A program made the position numbers and the translations under genes. Shown one piece after another: positions 42,500-57,703 of a stretch of 64,000 nucleotides of DNA (position 1 is its first letter; each line of letters opens with the position of its first letter). Source of the DNA: Eledone cirrhosa (Eukaryota); NCBI GenBank assembly GCA_964016885.1, contig OZ024741.1:144460001-144524000 (forward strand). Direction: 5' to 3'. The notes below the pieces were generated by a model, which made no database searches, was not told where the DNA came from, and saw only the letters and a program-made list of their open reading frames with translations.

Positions 42500-45240
42500 C
42501 TTTGAGTCTCAGTCATTGATGTTAGTTAACTGGAAAGTTTGTTGAAATGAATATCAAACCACTACCTGCAGCCTCGGATATTCAGGACGTATCGGAGGGT
42601 TCTTGCTGTTCCCAGCAAGCATGCCTTTTGAAGTGTTCCAAAAAGCGGGGCGAGACCAATTTTCTTTAACCATCCTTGGAAACTCTTTGAGATAGTACCT
42701 AGTGCGCCTATAACAATCGGGATCACTTTGACTTCATGGCAGTTCCAAATCCTTTTTACCTCCCACTTTAAGTCCTGGTATCGGTTAATTTTCTCCCTCT
42801 CCTTCTCTTGCACTCTCGTGTCGAATGGGCAGGCCACATCCACAATCAGGCACGATCTTTTTTCTTTGTCCAAAACCACCAGGTCAGGTCTATTGTGTTC
42901 CAGTTTCTTGTCCGTCTGTATCCTAAAATCCCACAGCACCTTCACCTGATCGTTTTCTATCACCAACTCTGGCTTATGCTCATACCACTTCTCAGAATGT
43001 GGTAAATTGTTTACTTTGCATAGGTGCCAGTGGATCACCCTGCCCATCACATCATGTCTCCAGCCTTTATAGTGAGTCTGGGCTAGGTGTTTACACTCGG
43101 GATACAATGTGAGCCACAGTCTCCTCTCTCTCTCCACAGATCTTGCACAGTGGGCTAGCCTCCTCCTTGTAAATATGGTGTTTCAACCACTTCGTTTTGA
43201 GGGCCTGCTCTTGCGCAGCCATTAACATTCCTTCTGTAGCCTTTTTAAGGTCTCCTCTTTTCAACCAGTTCCACGTCTGTGGATTTCTGAATTCAGTTTT
43301 CTCAAAGAAGGTACTATGAAGGGATTTTTCATGAAGGCTGCTCTTTCTCCTTGTTGTTATTTCCTCCTTGGACATCCCCTGGTCTATTGTCCTCTCCTTC
43401 AGTACAGTTCTGAGCATTGGCTCCTTACTATCAGTCACGTATTTGTGTAGGTTGTTTTTCTCCATCTGAACACAGTCCTCTATGCTGATAAGACCTCTTC
43501 CACCTTCAGATCTCCTTAAGTAGAGTCTATCGACATCACTCCTCTTGTGGAACATGTTGTAGATAGTCAATAGCTTCCTAGTCTTCCTATCCATTTCTTT
43601 TTGTTCAGCAACATTCCATCTAGAATTCCCGCACTGTACCTAATAATAGACACAGCTCGGGAATTTACTGCACTTATGGCATTCCTACTGTTCAGATGTG
43701 ACTTTAATACGCTCCTTATTCTCCGAATGTATTCAGATCTTATCAATTCCTTCATTCTTTTGTTCTTGATGTCATCAGCTTCCAGAACACCCAAATACTT
43801 GTATCCTTCTCAGTGTCAATTTCCTTTATCATCTCACCTGTTGGTACCTGGATTCCGTTACTTCTGCTCAATTTACCCCTCTTCATCACAAGGACTCCAC
43901 ACTTACTAATACCAAATTGCATACATATATCATTGCTGAAAATACGGACAGTGTCAACAAGCACATCCAACTCCTTCTCACTCTTCCCGAAGAGCTTAAG
44001 ATCGTCCATGAAGAGGAGGTGATTGATGGTAAGCTTTCCCTTTCCCAACTTGTATCCTGCTCTCACTTTTCGCAGTATAATGGTCAGGGCATCAGGGCAA
44101 GGACAAACAACAGAGGGGACAGACTATCGCCCTGGAAGATTCCTCTCTTGATCTTCACGCCTCCCAAGGATTCTCCAGCTGATGTTAACTCTGTTTTCCA
44201 GGACTTCATACTTTTGCCCAACAACTGTCTGATGTTATCTGCCACCCTGAAGATCTCCAAGCTTTTGGTGATCCAAGAATAAGGCACCATGTCAAATGCC
44301 TTTTTGTAGTCTATCCATCCCATGGCAAGACCAGTGTGTCTCCTCTTGCAATTCCTCATAACCATCTTATCAATAAGTAACTGGTCCTTTGTACCACGGG
44401 ACTTCTTTCGGCATCCTTTCTGTTCGTCCGGTAACGAGTTGTTTATGTGGAGGTGATGGTAGATTTCCTCAAACACAATGCTTGTCAACAGTTTCCACAT
44501 TACGGACAGACATGTGATAGGTCTATAGTTGGTAACATCATTACCCTTGATTCGGTCTTTCATTACCAGAACTGTGGTACCTTTTGTCAACCACTCTGGT
44601 ACCTCACCTGACATCAAGCAGTCATTGAACATGGTTGTCAGTTTCGGGTGGAGGGTTGTTATATTTTTAATCCAATACCCCTGCACACCATCTGGGCCTG
44701 GTGATTTCCAGTTGGTTAGTTTTTTGGCCTGCCCCTTAAGAGTTTCAACTGTGATACTCAAATCAGTTTGTTGGTGTGCCTGTCCACTAATCTCCTTTTG
44801 TACTGTCTCAATCCACACCGCCCCAGGGATCAAGTCGTTGCCTCTTTCTTTCCCTTCAAGCTGTCCAAACAGCATCTTATGGTTGTTGTCAAACATGCGG
44901 TTCTGTCTATACTGACTGACTCTGCTCTCGTATCGCCTAATTTTTGCACTCTTTGCTACAATGCGTTGCTTCAGTTCCTCTATGATAATATTTAGCTTTT
45001 TCCTCCTAGTTTTGTACTTTATTTCCAGTCTATTTTTAGTGTCTATGTTTTTTAGTGTCCATTCAGTAGGGACTCAAGCTTTCCAATGTCATTTCTCATT
45101 TCCCTGATTTGACCATTCAGTCGTTTCTTCCACCAAGGCTCTGATCTTTCTTGTTTGTTGTTTCCTCTCGCTTTTATACCAAGTAATTTCCTCACCGCAT
45201 TTGCTGTTGCTTTGAGGATATTGTTGCACTGGTGAAGGCA
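42500..45240 (-). mobile_element. R4/Dong-clade retrotransposon, 5'-truncated, several frameshifts (RT, CCHC, RLE)
   Basis: YRPITCL, WIDYKKAFD, GIFQGDSLSP, LFMDD, CKICGE..H, RHD, NRPDL..DVACP; (TAA)-rich flanks. Confidence 0.93.
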
Positions 45241-45591
45241 ATTATTATCAATATTTTTATTATTATTATCATTATTTTTATTATTATTATCATTATTTTT
45301 ATTTATTTGTTTATTTATTTATTTATTTATTTTTATTTACTTTTACTTCATTATCAGTACTGGTGGTTTATGTTGCTGCTGTTGTCAGATGTTATCAGAT
45401 GACATTTTTATAAATCATGCTATCGATAAATCGATATTTGAAGCTAGAACCATTGACTGAATTACAGGTCTTATAAGTGCATACCATCTTTGTTATGTTT
45501 TTTAGCTGAATTGGTTGGTGTATTTTTATCTTGACTGATTTAATACGGATGGCTTAACTTGTAACGAGGACATATACACACTCACAAAAAT

Positions 45592-45669
<78 letters not shown>

Positions 45670-46804
45670 ATACACGCTTGTTTTGAACATTTTGATTTGA
45701 AATCTTTTAGATAACTATAACCGAGTGACTGTAAGAAGATATAATTGTTTCTTAATAATATCCTGACTGTATTTGTGACCCACTAATAGTGACAACAATA
45801 AACAATTTATAACTTTATACGTAAATAAGCAAATAGGACCACCAAACACCTAAATCTGAGTGTAAATACAGCTAGAACAAACACAAAATAATCACTTAAT
45901 GTTCCTATACGTAAATAATACACTCTGAAAACAAAGCCAACAAAAGGAAAAAAAACACCCAGTGGATAAAACCATCGAATGATAAACTCGTAACAAATAC
46001 ACTTATTAAAACAAAGCCAATTACAAACTAAAAGTCTATATTAAACCCAAGACATCCTCCATAATTCTTGATTCATACTCCGCCACACAACCACCAGCCT
46101 GCTCTAAATACCAGTATGGGAGAGACAGACTCTTTCAAGCTTCAGTTGTCATATTACGCACTTTCTGTATAAGAAACATTAGCATATTTATTTATTAGAA
46201 TATTTATTATTGTTTGCAGTGATTACAACCCTATTGCGTAATAATCTACACCAACCAGGCCCATTCCCGTGACTAACAGATACATTTATTAAAAAAACTC
46301 TAGACCGCTATCCCGCTTAACAAACCGAAAATCTCTGCAATTACTGTTAGCCCAAACAAATACATTCTGAACTATTTGAAGTTACTGATACTTATTCAAT
46401 GCATAAACCATAACTTATTAAAAAAAATTAATACGAAAGTCAAATCCGGAAAAAAAGTGTGAAAAAAATATAGAAACAAGGAAATTTGAATCGCATGCAC
46501 TTAACCGACAATGGAAAAGTCTCAAAGCTAAAATTGTGGAAGTTAACCTTGATGAGGTATTAAAAAATTTATGTCCAATTATAACGTTCTATGCAGGAGT
46601 TTTAACGAAAGAACAATTTAATCTATTAACAGATGTTTTGATGCTCAAAAACGAAGAAAGCAGGCTTTGCTAACATCAATTTTTAACATCCATTTTATAA
46701 AAATCCTTTTTATATGCATGCCAGGTGCGCTTTTAAAACCATCTTTTTATTATCTTTTTCCTTATATAACGGGATCTTTATAGGGCGTTTTCTAACGTCC
46801 ACAC

Positions 46805-46879
<75 letters not shown>

Positions 46880-47529
46880 TTGTGTGTGTGTGTGTGTGTG
46901 CGTATGCATGTATATAAGTGTCTATATATGTTTTTTTTCTTACTTAAATATGTTTGCACACATGTATATATATATTCATATATTGATTCGTTTAAGATCT
47001 CTACGATAGCATCTAATCAATTATCATTAAATATTTCTATTTTTGGCACAAAGCCAGCAATTACCCAGTGTATTTCTGGTACTTTATTTTATCGACCCCA
47101 AGGCAAAGTTAAGCTTGGCGGGATTTGAACTCAGAATGGCAAGGGCCGTAACTCTATGCGTCAAAGCATGGCGTCCGACCCCCTACCGATACTGCCAATA
47201 TTAATAAAAGAAGTTTTCCTTCAAGGTTATCAAATGACCAATAGTCACTGTTGTATTAAAGCAGTTTCTGGAAAATACACAACAATACATTAGTTACTTC
47301 TTTGTTTCACTTCCCACCACTTCTAACGATAGATTAATATAAACGTTACTCACCATAAACTGATCGTTTTGTAGCTAGAAAATACAGCTGCTGTGTTTTC
47401 CCCATATCCCTGCGTGTGTACACACACACACACAGACACATACAGACACAAACACACACAAAATATGTATAATAGATACGTGTGTCATTTATACACAAGC
47501 TTGTATACTTCAGTATATATACATACATA

Positions 47530-47815
47530 TCTATTTATTAGAAGATGTAGGAAGATCAGACGCAAAAAATAACTGCAATTACAGTCAGTTGCTATAAAAT
47601 AAGTTATGCAAATTAGGTAAAAATCCCTAGAGACGGAGAAATATTGCCAGGAGGTCTTTATCTGTTTTTTTATAAGCTATTTCATAGCAACTGCCTAATT
47701 GCAATTATTTTCTGCGTTTGAGCTTCCTACATCATCTTATAAATATATATCCTCCGCACTTAAGAAATTCGAAAATTCGAGCTTCCCACATGATGTTTGT
47801 TCATGCATATTTATA
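47530..47815. repeat. Diverged fold-back (arms about 47530-47625 and 47650-47748) with one-sided tail
   Basis: GATGTAGGAAGATCAGACGCA / TGCGTTTGAGCTTCCTACATC; tail TCCGCAC...ATTCGAGCTT. Confidence 0.65.
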
Positions 47816-48199
47816 TTTTACATTTGTCTGTGTGTAGTAACATATATACACACATACATTCGTTTGTGCTGAAACCTTTAATTAAAACGTGTCTGTATAT
47901 ACGAATCTATAAGTATGTCTATATGTTTGAGGAAATGTGTATTTCTATGTATAATGACTAATGTTAGTATTCGAGATATATGTGAGGTCATTCAATATCG
48001 GACTTGAATTTTCATTAGGGAAGTAACCATGATATGGAAGGAGAACTGATTCAGTTAATGGAGAATAATGTAGAAGAGATTTGTTTTTTGTGGAGTGTGG
48101 GGGTATATAAACCCTTTCGTTCAATATTTTGAACATGCCCTTCTGTGCAAACCACGTCGATTATAATCAAATTTACAAAGAGAAACTTCTTAGACCCTT

Positions 48200-50690
48200 G
48201 AAAGGATAACGGAAAACGTTTCATTCAAAAGACCTACGGCGATGGGAACGGCTGTAAGGCGTACATGCCAAACAAGCCAGAAGTACGTAGTAGCAAACCC
48301 AAAAGTAGGCAACTTGGAATATTGGTCGTTTTATCTCCAAACTTAGGTAATGATACGATTCGGCAGCGCCCCAAGTGACTGAGCAGCCCTTTTCAAGGAT
48401 AGCACAGCTCATCTGCTAGCTAGGAGCAACCTAGAAAATGTGGCCTAAACAAAGCTTGCCTATATCTAAGCTGGTCAGCAACCCGTGGTTGGCGGCTGTT
48501 TACTTATGCAGGCATAATATAAATTTTCAAAGACATCTTTGAAAATTGTGTCCTGGAACGTACGAACGCTATCGGATTTCCCAGGTTCAAAATCCCTGAA
48601 CTGCTCTTATCTGTAAAGATTCCATCAGTATCAACTGGATATTGTTGCTCTTTGAAACACTCTATGGTGGCGCGATAAAGCGCATTACATACAGAAAGAC
48701 GATATGTTAAATCGTGATATCACGAACTGCACAGAGTATATATCCACTCACCACAGCCGTTGCATCACTGCGGTCAAAGAATGGAAACGAACTGTTGCGT
48801 AAGCCAATTGAAACCAAGATAAGATGGCGCGAACACTATAATGACCTCCTAAACTGTGCATCTCTCGTCAATCCTGATGTGATTAAGGCCATGGAGCAGG
48901 CTCCCACCATTAATGAGTTTCATGACCCTCCTACATTGAAAGATATTAAGACTACAGTGAGACAAATGAACACTGTCAAAGGCCCTCTGAAATATGATAT
49001 AGTAGCTGAAATAGTGTAACAAAGTGGCACTAAAGTAAACGATCTGTTACATAACATATACCACCAGGTGTGGTTAAAGGATGTAGATGCACAAGACTGG
49101 AGTGATGTCAATCTCGTCTCCCTCTTCAAGAAGGGACCCAAGGATGTTTGTGACAACTACCGTGGGATTTCATTTTTTTTTATTATCCTTAATCATCTGC
49201 TGGTGTATGTTGCATGTAACATTCTGTTGGAATCTCAGTGTGGTTTCCGTCCATATCAGAACACTGTACAATTACTTTATTGATCTCACAAAGGCCTTCG
49301 ACACTGTCAATAGGCAAGCCATCTGGAATATTCTATTGAGGTTGGGATGCCCTGAGAAGTTTATGGGGCTTACACGTTCCTTGTATGATGACACGGAAAA
49401 GTGGTTTGTGTCAATGGTGAGCTCCAAGAACCTTTTTCATTTGTGACAGGCGTGAAACAGGGTGACTTGTTTGGTCCCACGTTATCAAACAAAATGAAGG
49501 CTCTTTAACATTAAACAATTCCTTACTGCATCAAAAACATTTACTGTACTGATAAGTGATCTTCTTTAAGCAGACGACTGGGACCTTGTTAGCAACACAG
49601 AAGAAGACCTTCAAATTCTGATAGACTGCTTCTTGGCAGCATATGATGAGTTTGGTCTGACAATCAGCCTAAAAAGGACAGAGGTGATATGCCAACATGC
49701 AACACGAAAGTCATATATTTCACCACCCATATCTGTCAAAGAGGAAATATTGAAGGTTGTGAATAAGTTCGTCTACCTGGGTAGTACTCACTCCAGAACC
49801 AACACCCTTAACAAAGAAGTCAGCTCCCAGCTGTCTAAAGCTTCTCATGCTTTTGGCAAGCTGGAGAAGCGCCTGTTGTCAAAGTCAGATATCAGCGTGT
49901 GCACTAAAGTTGAAGTATATCAAGCATGTGTGCTTACAGCCATGCTGTATGGATGTGAGGCATGGACAACATACTGTCGACATATCCAACGAACGTTTCC
50001 ACTAACAATGCTTGCGCTCCATCCTCAAGATCTCAGAGTGGTCTCATACACCCGACACTGATGTGCTGTAGCGGGCCCACAAGTCAAGCATCGATTCCAT
50101 GATCACGAAAGAGCATCTCCAGTCGTCGGATCACATAGTACACCCGAAAGAAAGCAGAACCACAAACAAGCATTGTATGCAGGGCTATTGCATGTGGCAT
50201 CTTTATTAAAATGTGTCGTTCTGCGGGGATTAACACACCATCACAAAGCATGTCATGCCAATCAAACTGAAGCAGGCAGGAAACCTACCTGCATACTATA
50301 GAGTATGACATGTAAGTCACTTCCTAGTTTGATGTGTCATCTAAGGTGACATCAACGACAGCAACATCAACAACACGTTTTTGCCAATCTGTCTTTTCTA
50401 AATGGTCGTATTCGGACACGAATTGACTTCCACCATGTATGTATGTATGTATGTATGTATGTATGTATGTATGTATGTATGTATGTATGTATGTATGTAT
50501 GTATGTTCTCATATGAGAACACACAGTCAGAACCAGGCAGTGGAAAGTCCCAGAGGAGGCTACAGTTGCCATGTGTGTGCCAGAGGGTGCAAGTCTTTGG
50601 CTGATTTAAAGAGCCACATACGTGCCTCACATATACGAGCATTTTATCAGACGATGGCAATGTTCGAACACGAGTTTGCAGCCATCATAT
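48200..50690 (+). mobile_element. RTE/BovB-like LINE, heavily degenerate and internally deleted
   Basis: LKIVSWNVRTL near 48540; RWREHYNDLLN, NYRGIS, ESQCGFR, FIDLTKAFDTV, LYGCEAW. Confidence 0.88.
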
Positions 50691-50739
50691 ATGCATGTGT
50701 GTATGTATGAAAAAAACATTCTTGATTTCGATTTTAGAC

Positions 50740-51380
50740 ATTGGCACTTGTACACCATCATCTTAGTCTTAGGTTCTTCGGCGCATAGAACAGTTAGTAG
50801 TCGCCAACGATCTTGATCAGCGGCGGCTTTTTCGCGTCTGTGCCAAGTGATGTTGACTACCATCAGGTCCTTTTGGAACGTTCGTCGCCAGGTGATCCTG
50901 GGGCAACCCTGCTTCTGTTTGCCGCCAGGGGTGGAGTCCAGTTCATCGCCGTTTTCGAGTGTCGTTCGTTGGGCAGGCATGGAATATGGCCAGCCAGGCG
51001 GCACCGGCGCTCCATTACCACCCACTGCAACATCCACGACTCGGCTCTCCGCAGGATTTCCTCGTTTCACACTCAGTCGTGCCAGGACACACGCAGGATC
51101 ATTCGCAGGCACCGCTGGTGGAATGCGTTCAGCCGTCTCTCCGTCTTTGCCGTGCTCTTCCAGGTTTCGCTCCCGTAAAGCACTGTCGGAAGCACGATGC
51201 TCTTGTATAGGCGTAGCTTGATACTGGCGGTCAACTTCATTGATATCCAGAAGGCGTTCGACAGTGTACATTGGGAATCACTGTGGAACATCGCGCACTC
51301 GCACGACATTCCTTCGAGATTCATCAACATCTTCAAGGCCCTGTACGCAAACTCCAGCCGCAGCGTGCGAACGTCATCAT
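50740..51380 (-). mobile_element. RTE-clade LINE 3' fragment with inverted 5' piece (about 51225-51375 on plus)
   Basis: Minus: IKLRLY..LYGSETW..FHQRCLR..DQDRWR. Plus: FIDIQKAFDSVHWESLW. Confidence 0.85.
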
Positions 51381-52590
51381 CACCACCACCACCACCACCA
51401 CCACCAAATTGCTGGCCTTGTACCGATGTTAAAAGTCGATGATTGGTGAACTCTTTAGAGTATTGGACAAAATGCTTTGCCGAGGCCTGCTTTGCCTTTC
51501 ATTCTTCCGGGGTCGGTGAAATAACGTACCAGTAAAGTACTGGGGTCGATTTAATCGAGTTTCTTCTCTCCTCCAAAATTGCTGGCCTTGTACTCCAGTT
51601 AGAAACATTTGTTAAAAAAAAATCAATCGCTTTACTTAAAACAACACCTGTTAAATCTATGTACAACACTTCTGTGCAAAACTTGAGAGAACATACAAGG
51701 TGTTTATAATTCCAAATACTTTTGGGTCAAATCGTAAAAACTAAAACAACAAAAGAAATATTCGAGAACGTTCTAATATTAACCTTGTCTACTGACCTAA
51801 ATAATAAACAAGAGACAACCAATACGCAGTCATGTATGGCGTGTATGAGTCTTTCTACGTGTCCGACTACATTTATAAAAAGAAAAGAAAAGAAAAGAAA
51901 AGAAAAATCAAGCTATCCAATTTGATTCAATGTAACATGCGATGTCTTTCAAGAATCAACATTTTCTTAATCCTTAAATAATTCTTCGGGTATTATATCA
52001 GAAGAAATTTTCTTGATTGCAGATAATCCATACTATAAATAGGAAATATCTTAAGTGTAATCTATATAGTTGTAGCTGATTAAATCGACGATATGTCCCA
52101 TTAGTAGTGAAGGTACGTCGCTTAATGGGTAGTGTGCTCGGTTCACGCAAGGACGTAAGTTCGGTTCTACGAGTTATGCGTTATTCAAAGAGGCAGCCTT
52201 GTCGCAATCTGAGTCACGTTGAATCTCCCTGAGAACTACGTTAAAGATACACTTGCATATTAATTTCACTAGCAGGCTATTCTGTTGTTGGAATCAACTG
52301 GAACACTCGTCGTCAGAACCGACAGAGGTTCTAAACATACACACACAAAACACACATCCCATCAGCTAATCTGCAAGAAACTTAACTCTAAGTAATGCAA
52401 CTCATGTCGCTATTGATAATAGCTTCACAGCGCTGTGTTAACAGAATAAAACAAGAAATAACAACATGAAAACGGCTTTTGTTGTAAGAATATTTAAAAG
52501 AAAAAGAAAACATTGCGAATGGGGGTGTTAACAGTCTCAACTAACTAGTTTGTCTCTATTTGCCAATATAGTTATTCGTTCTGCAAATAT

Positions 52591-52625
<35 letters not shown>

Positions 52626-54060
52626 TCTACTGCGTAGTGATGGTGTTGGTGATTATGATCCCAAGTTAAATGTACACCTAATCCGCAATTTGAGATCATT
52701 TCACGTTATCGACAAGTACAATTGTTTCCAGCCTCGATATAGCCAACCAAATCCCTGACTCTTCCGGCCAATCCTATATACATTATAGAGATTCTGTTAC
52801 ATACGAAATATTGTATTAATACGCCACTACCTTATAATAATAACATAATAATGCAATAACATAAAAGCAATTTTCAGTATACATTACAACTCCACACAGT
52901 AAACAATGAAATAGTATGTTGTATGGTGTTATTTACAATCAGCTTTTGTCAAGTCCACTCGACATTCAGCACATAATAGTATCACTATTATATTTCACTC
53001 CGCTAGAAAGAAAAATGAGTTCTGCTTGTAAATGAAACGGCCAGCCTTTTGTTACGTTGTATCACGCTAAATCTCCACAAGAATTACGTTAAGGGTGCAC
53101 GTGTCAGTGGAATGTTCAGACATTTGCATGTTAATTTAACAAGCAGGTTGTCCCTTTGATCGAATCAACTGCAACACTTATCGTTGATACTGACGACGGA
53201 GGTCCAATGCATGTGTACACCTGACCGAGAGAATACTTGATTGGAATTAGAAGTCATCCATCTACAGTTGTCAATCATTAGAGTGGTGATTCATCGTCAT
53301 CATCGTCACCTTGTTGTTTATCAAAGCCATTTCACTGACACTGTATTTAACAGTGCATTCTTTCATGTGTCCCTTCTTTTTAAAGACATGATGGTGACCC
53401 TATATCTATGACTAAATTCTACGATGTATCTTTCCATTTTTAGACTTTAGAACGTTATTTGAGGGATATGTGGCTGCTATTTCAAAGCATTTAGAACGAC
53501 AATGTCGAGGGTCTCTCGTTGGCTTGGGGATAAAATATATAACAAAGAAGAATGATTTCATCGTTGGACAATTCAATTCCAATATATTTCTAATACTAAT
53601 TTTATTGGCCTAGAGAATAAAACGTAAATCCGATTGAGGTGGAGTTAGACTTCACAAAAGAGAGAGATGAAATGAAATACTGTGAAGTATTTGGAATGGT
53701 TTGCTTCTGATCTTACAAATTAAGCGCTTGGTCCCCTGTAACGGAGCTGAAAATATTACAAGATTTTTTGGTTATTTTTCTTTCAGTTGGAAAATTTTAT
53801 TCTCCATTTCTTGCTTCAGACTGAAGACTTTTCCACCTTCAGTGACAGTATAAACTAAATGTCATTATGCTAGTGCAGGGGCAATGCTAAGTATTTACAG
53901 TGTTCGATTCCCGGCATGCACTCTGTCCTTGAGCTATAGACTTTTTCATGTTCCAGTCCGCTAAGGTGAAAAAAAATGGGATATAGCAAGTCAAAAAATG
54001 TATGCAGCCTCGGTTACTTTTATTCTGTTTATATACAAATATAACTTTAATATATATATA

Positions 54061-54650
<590 letters not shown>

Positions 54651-55176
54651 TATATATATATATATATATATATAGGAAAAGTATATACACAGAATAAAAG
54701 TAACGGGGGCTGCATAAATGTGTGTCTGTGTATATATATATGTAATGGATTAATAAAATGGTGGGCGAACACAACAGGAAAACGGACAAAACACAGGACA
54801 GTGCCCTTCTAATCAGTCGACCACTGGAGGTTCTCGTAGCTCCAGTGCACACCAGACAGTAACAAATGGATACAAGGTAGGACGATTGAGCTTTCGACTA
54901 TTTACAAATAAAATAAAATTTGCTACAACTTAATGTGCCTGTGTGTAAGCATATTCATGTACACACACACACACATACTCACACACACACGCATATATAT
55001 ATATATATATATATATAAATATATTAAAATAACGGATTAAAGTTTAAGCAAAGAATCGCTGCTTTCACCCATAACGGGATCTTCTGGAACTATTTTAATA
55101 AATATTTGCACTAGGGTTCTTATATATTTGATATATATGTAGGCCACTTTGGATTTTAGTCTTCACATTTATTATT

Positions 55177-55252
<76 letters not shown>

Positions 55253-55254
55253 GT

Positions 55255-55724
55255 ATATATAAATGGAAAAAATGAAATTTAATTTCTCACTCTTAGTACG
55301 GCTGATACTTAAATATAAGTATGTATACGTACATACATATATGTATACAGACGTACAGTAGTATGTATATACACACATACATGCACACATATATATATGT
55401 ACGTATGGATTCACCGAATATTTATTATAATGTTCGGTTTGTTTGTAAACACACTTTCAAACGTTCAATCGACTGACAGGAAGGTATACGGTGCTGATGA
55501 CAGCTAATAATCTAGAAACTAGTTCATCGTTCCTTTGTCAGTGTTGAATAAAAGGGCAACGATGGTTGCCGAACACTGTACGGCTTAATTCGGGCTGTTT
55601 GTTTACAAACAAACTGAACATTATAATAAATGTTCGGTACACCCATACGTACATATATATATGTGTGCATGTATGTGTGTATATACATACTACTGTACGT
55701 CTGTATACATATATGTATGTACGT

Positions 55725-55735
<11 letters not shown>
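55255..55735. mobile_element. Fold-back family D, copy 2, with hammerhead at 55489-55529 (+)
   Basis: Arms about 55318-55452 and 55597-55730; CGGTG-CTGATGA-...-GAAA-CTAG-TT^CATCG. Confidence 0.8.
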
Positions 55736-55769
<34 letters not shown>

Positions 55770-55963
55770 TATATAATAAAAGTATGTATTCCTATGTGTA
55801 AATAATACACACAGGGATACAAGTATTTTCCAACCGTATGCCAGTGTGGTTCGATGGTAAGTTAATAAATTAACATGCCAGAACATATAAAATCAAGGTC
55901 AAGCAAATAGAGAAAACGTTTTAAAATAAATTTCAAAAAATGTTTACTGTACTTACTATATGT

Positions 55964-56045
55964 ACCTTTACCGCGGTTTCTGATCCCAAAATAAACAGAT
56001 AATCCAAGCGGATTTCCATTGAGAAAGAGATCGTCGTCAGAAGGC
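55964..56045 (-). ncRNA. Type-I hammerhead with 53-nt helix-II region
   Basis: Minus strand: GCCTT-CTGACGA-C-GATCTC...GGGATC-A-GAAA-CCGCGG-TA^AAGGT. Confidence 0.82.
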
Positions 56046-56125
56046 TTTTCTCACTCGGAGTATATAAAATTCTCGAGTTCAAATCACAAACTAGCGCCAC
56101 ACACAATTGTTCCCGAATGACCTTG

Positions 56126-56204
<79 letters not shown>

Positions 56205-56299
56205 GTATATATGTAAAAGTTAAACAGAACTAACAATACAATCGGTACAGTATACGGAAGGAATATATTAGGTTAATACTTGAAATAGCAGGAAGAGGA

Positions 56300-56335
56300 T
56301 CTTAACTTTTCGGACGCTAGTCCTTCATCAGAAGA
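56300..56335 (-). ncRNA. Minimal type-I hammerhead
   Basis: Minus strand: TCTT-CTGATGA-A-GGAC tagc GTCC-GAAA-AG-TT^AAGA. Confidence 0.75.
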
Positions 56336-56929
56336 AAGAATGAGAAATGAGATAAAGTGAGGGGACGGGCGGGTAGAATTGGAAAACATGTCTTTAGATA
56401 AAAATAACAGGTCCATATATGTATATATATGTGTGTATATGTGTGTGTATACATGTATATATATATGTGTATGAATATTTCGTATTTCCAAAGAAATACG
56501 GTTTTAGGAAGCCGTAGCTATGCAAATACCGGGGGGCTAACGCCTTCTGGTGATGTCCAGCAGAAGCAAGGAGGACAACGGTCTATGCATTTCAGGCTTA
56601 ACTGGCCATCGTTAGGACGGTCCCTCCCACCGCTTGCGACTGCTGGACTAGAAGACGAGAATATATAGTTTTCTCGTCTCTGTAAATGAGGTGATTAATC
56701 TCATTTGCATATGAAGCTGCATAAGTTGGCTCAAATTATAATAGAAAAGAAACAGGACCTAGGAAACAATGTTTTCGTCGGTCTTTCCAGAAGCCAGTAC
56801 TATCTATCGGTCGCAACTCCAGGTAGAAGGAGCAGCGTGAAATAAAGTGTCTTGCTCAAGGCGTGTGGCTGAGTGGTTAGAGAATCGGATTCACAATCTT
56901 GAGGTTGTGAGTTCGATTCCTGGACCGGG

Positions 56930-56993
<64 letters not shown>

Positions 56994-57044
56994 ATTAAGT
57001 CAAATATGTAAAATTTGGCTTCGTTTATTATAAATTATAGATAT

Positions 57045-57097
57045 ACTGCTATATATTTCGGTGACGGCCATCATTGACTGTGACCTCTTCAGGCAGT
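57045..57097 (-). ncRNA. Minimal type-I hammerhead
   Basis: Minus strand: ACTGC-CTGAAGA-GGTCACAGTCA atga TGGCCGTCACC-GAAA-TATA-TA^GCAGT. Confidence 0.85.
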
Positions 57098-57299
57098 CCG
57101 AATTGGTGTGGGAAAGACAGGTACACGTTGTTGAAGTGTGTTTTACTCCGTCAATACATCGATATGTCCAGCTCCTGGTTGTGTTATTATTTCTCTGAGG
57201 AACTGGAATCATATCGAGTGCTCCAATCTGCATACTGAGGTGTCGGTAAATAACCAACATATACTCTATATATATATATATATATATGTATATACACAC

Positions 57300-57635
57300 A
57301 AGGTCATTATTGATTTTGCAAAATACATCATATTTTTTATTGGAGAAGGTAAGATATTTTCCCGCGAAAATTTGCTTGCACTGTTTTGTTTCCACTTATG
57401 TATTTTTCGAAAATGTTATTTATTCATTATAAAAATTAAATGATAGCATTCTATATGTAGATGAGCCCCCTTCATCTGGCAACCAATATTTTTAGACCTA
57501 GTCTGCCACTGTATATATATATAATGCCAATCATTGTAAGTTTGAATCTAACTGACATGCAAAAACATATACATATAGGAATAAAGTAAGCCAAAATCAT
57601 AGAAGATTCAAATATCACAGAGAGAAAGAGAGAGA

Positions 57636-57703
<68 letters not shown>

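Noticed and set aside
50627-51271. 214-aa ORF as a host gene
   Set aside because: Alternative frame of the RTE fragment.
55055-55090. Further hammerhead-like remnants (also near 12850-12890, 17510-17595, 46725-46785, 54810-54860)
   Set aside because: Core or helices too degenerate to call by eye.
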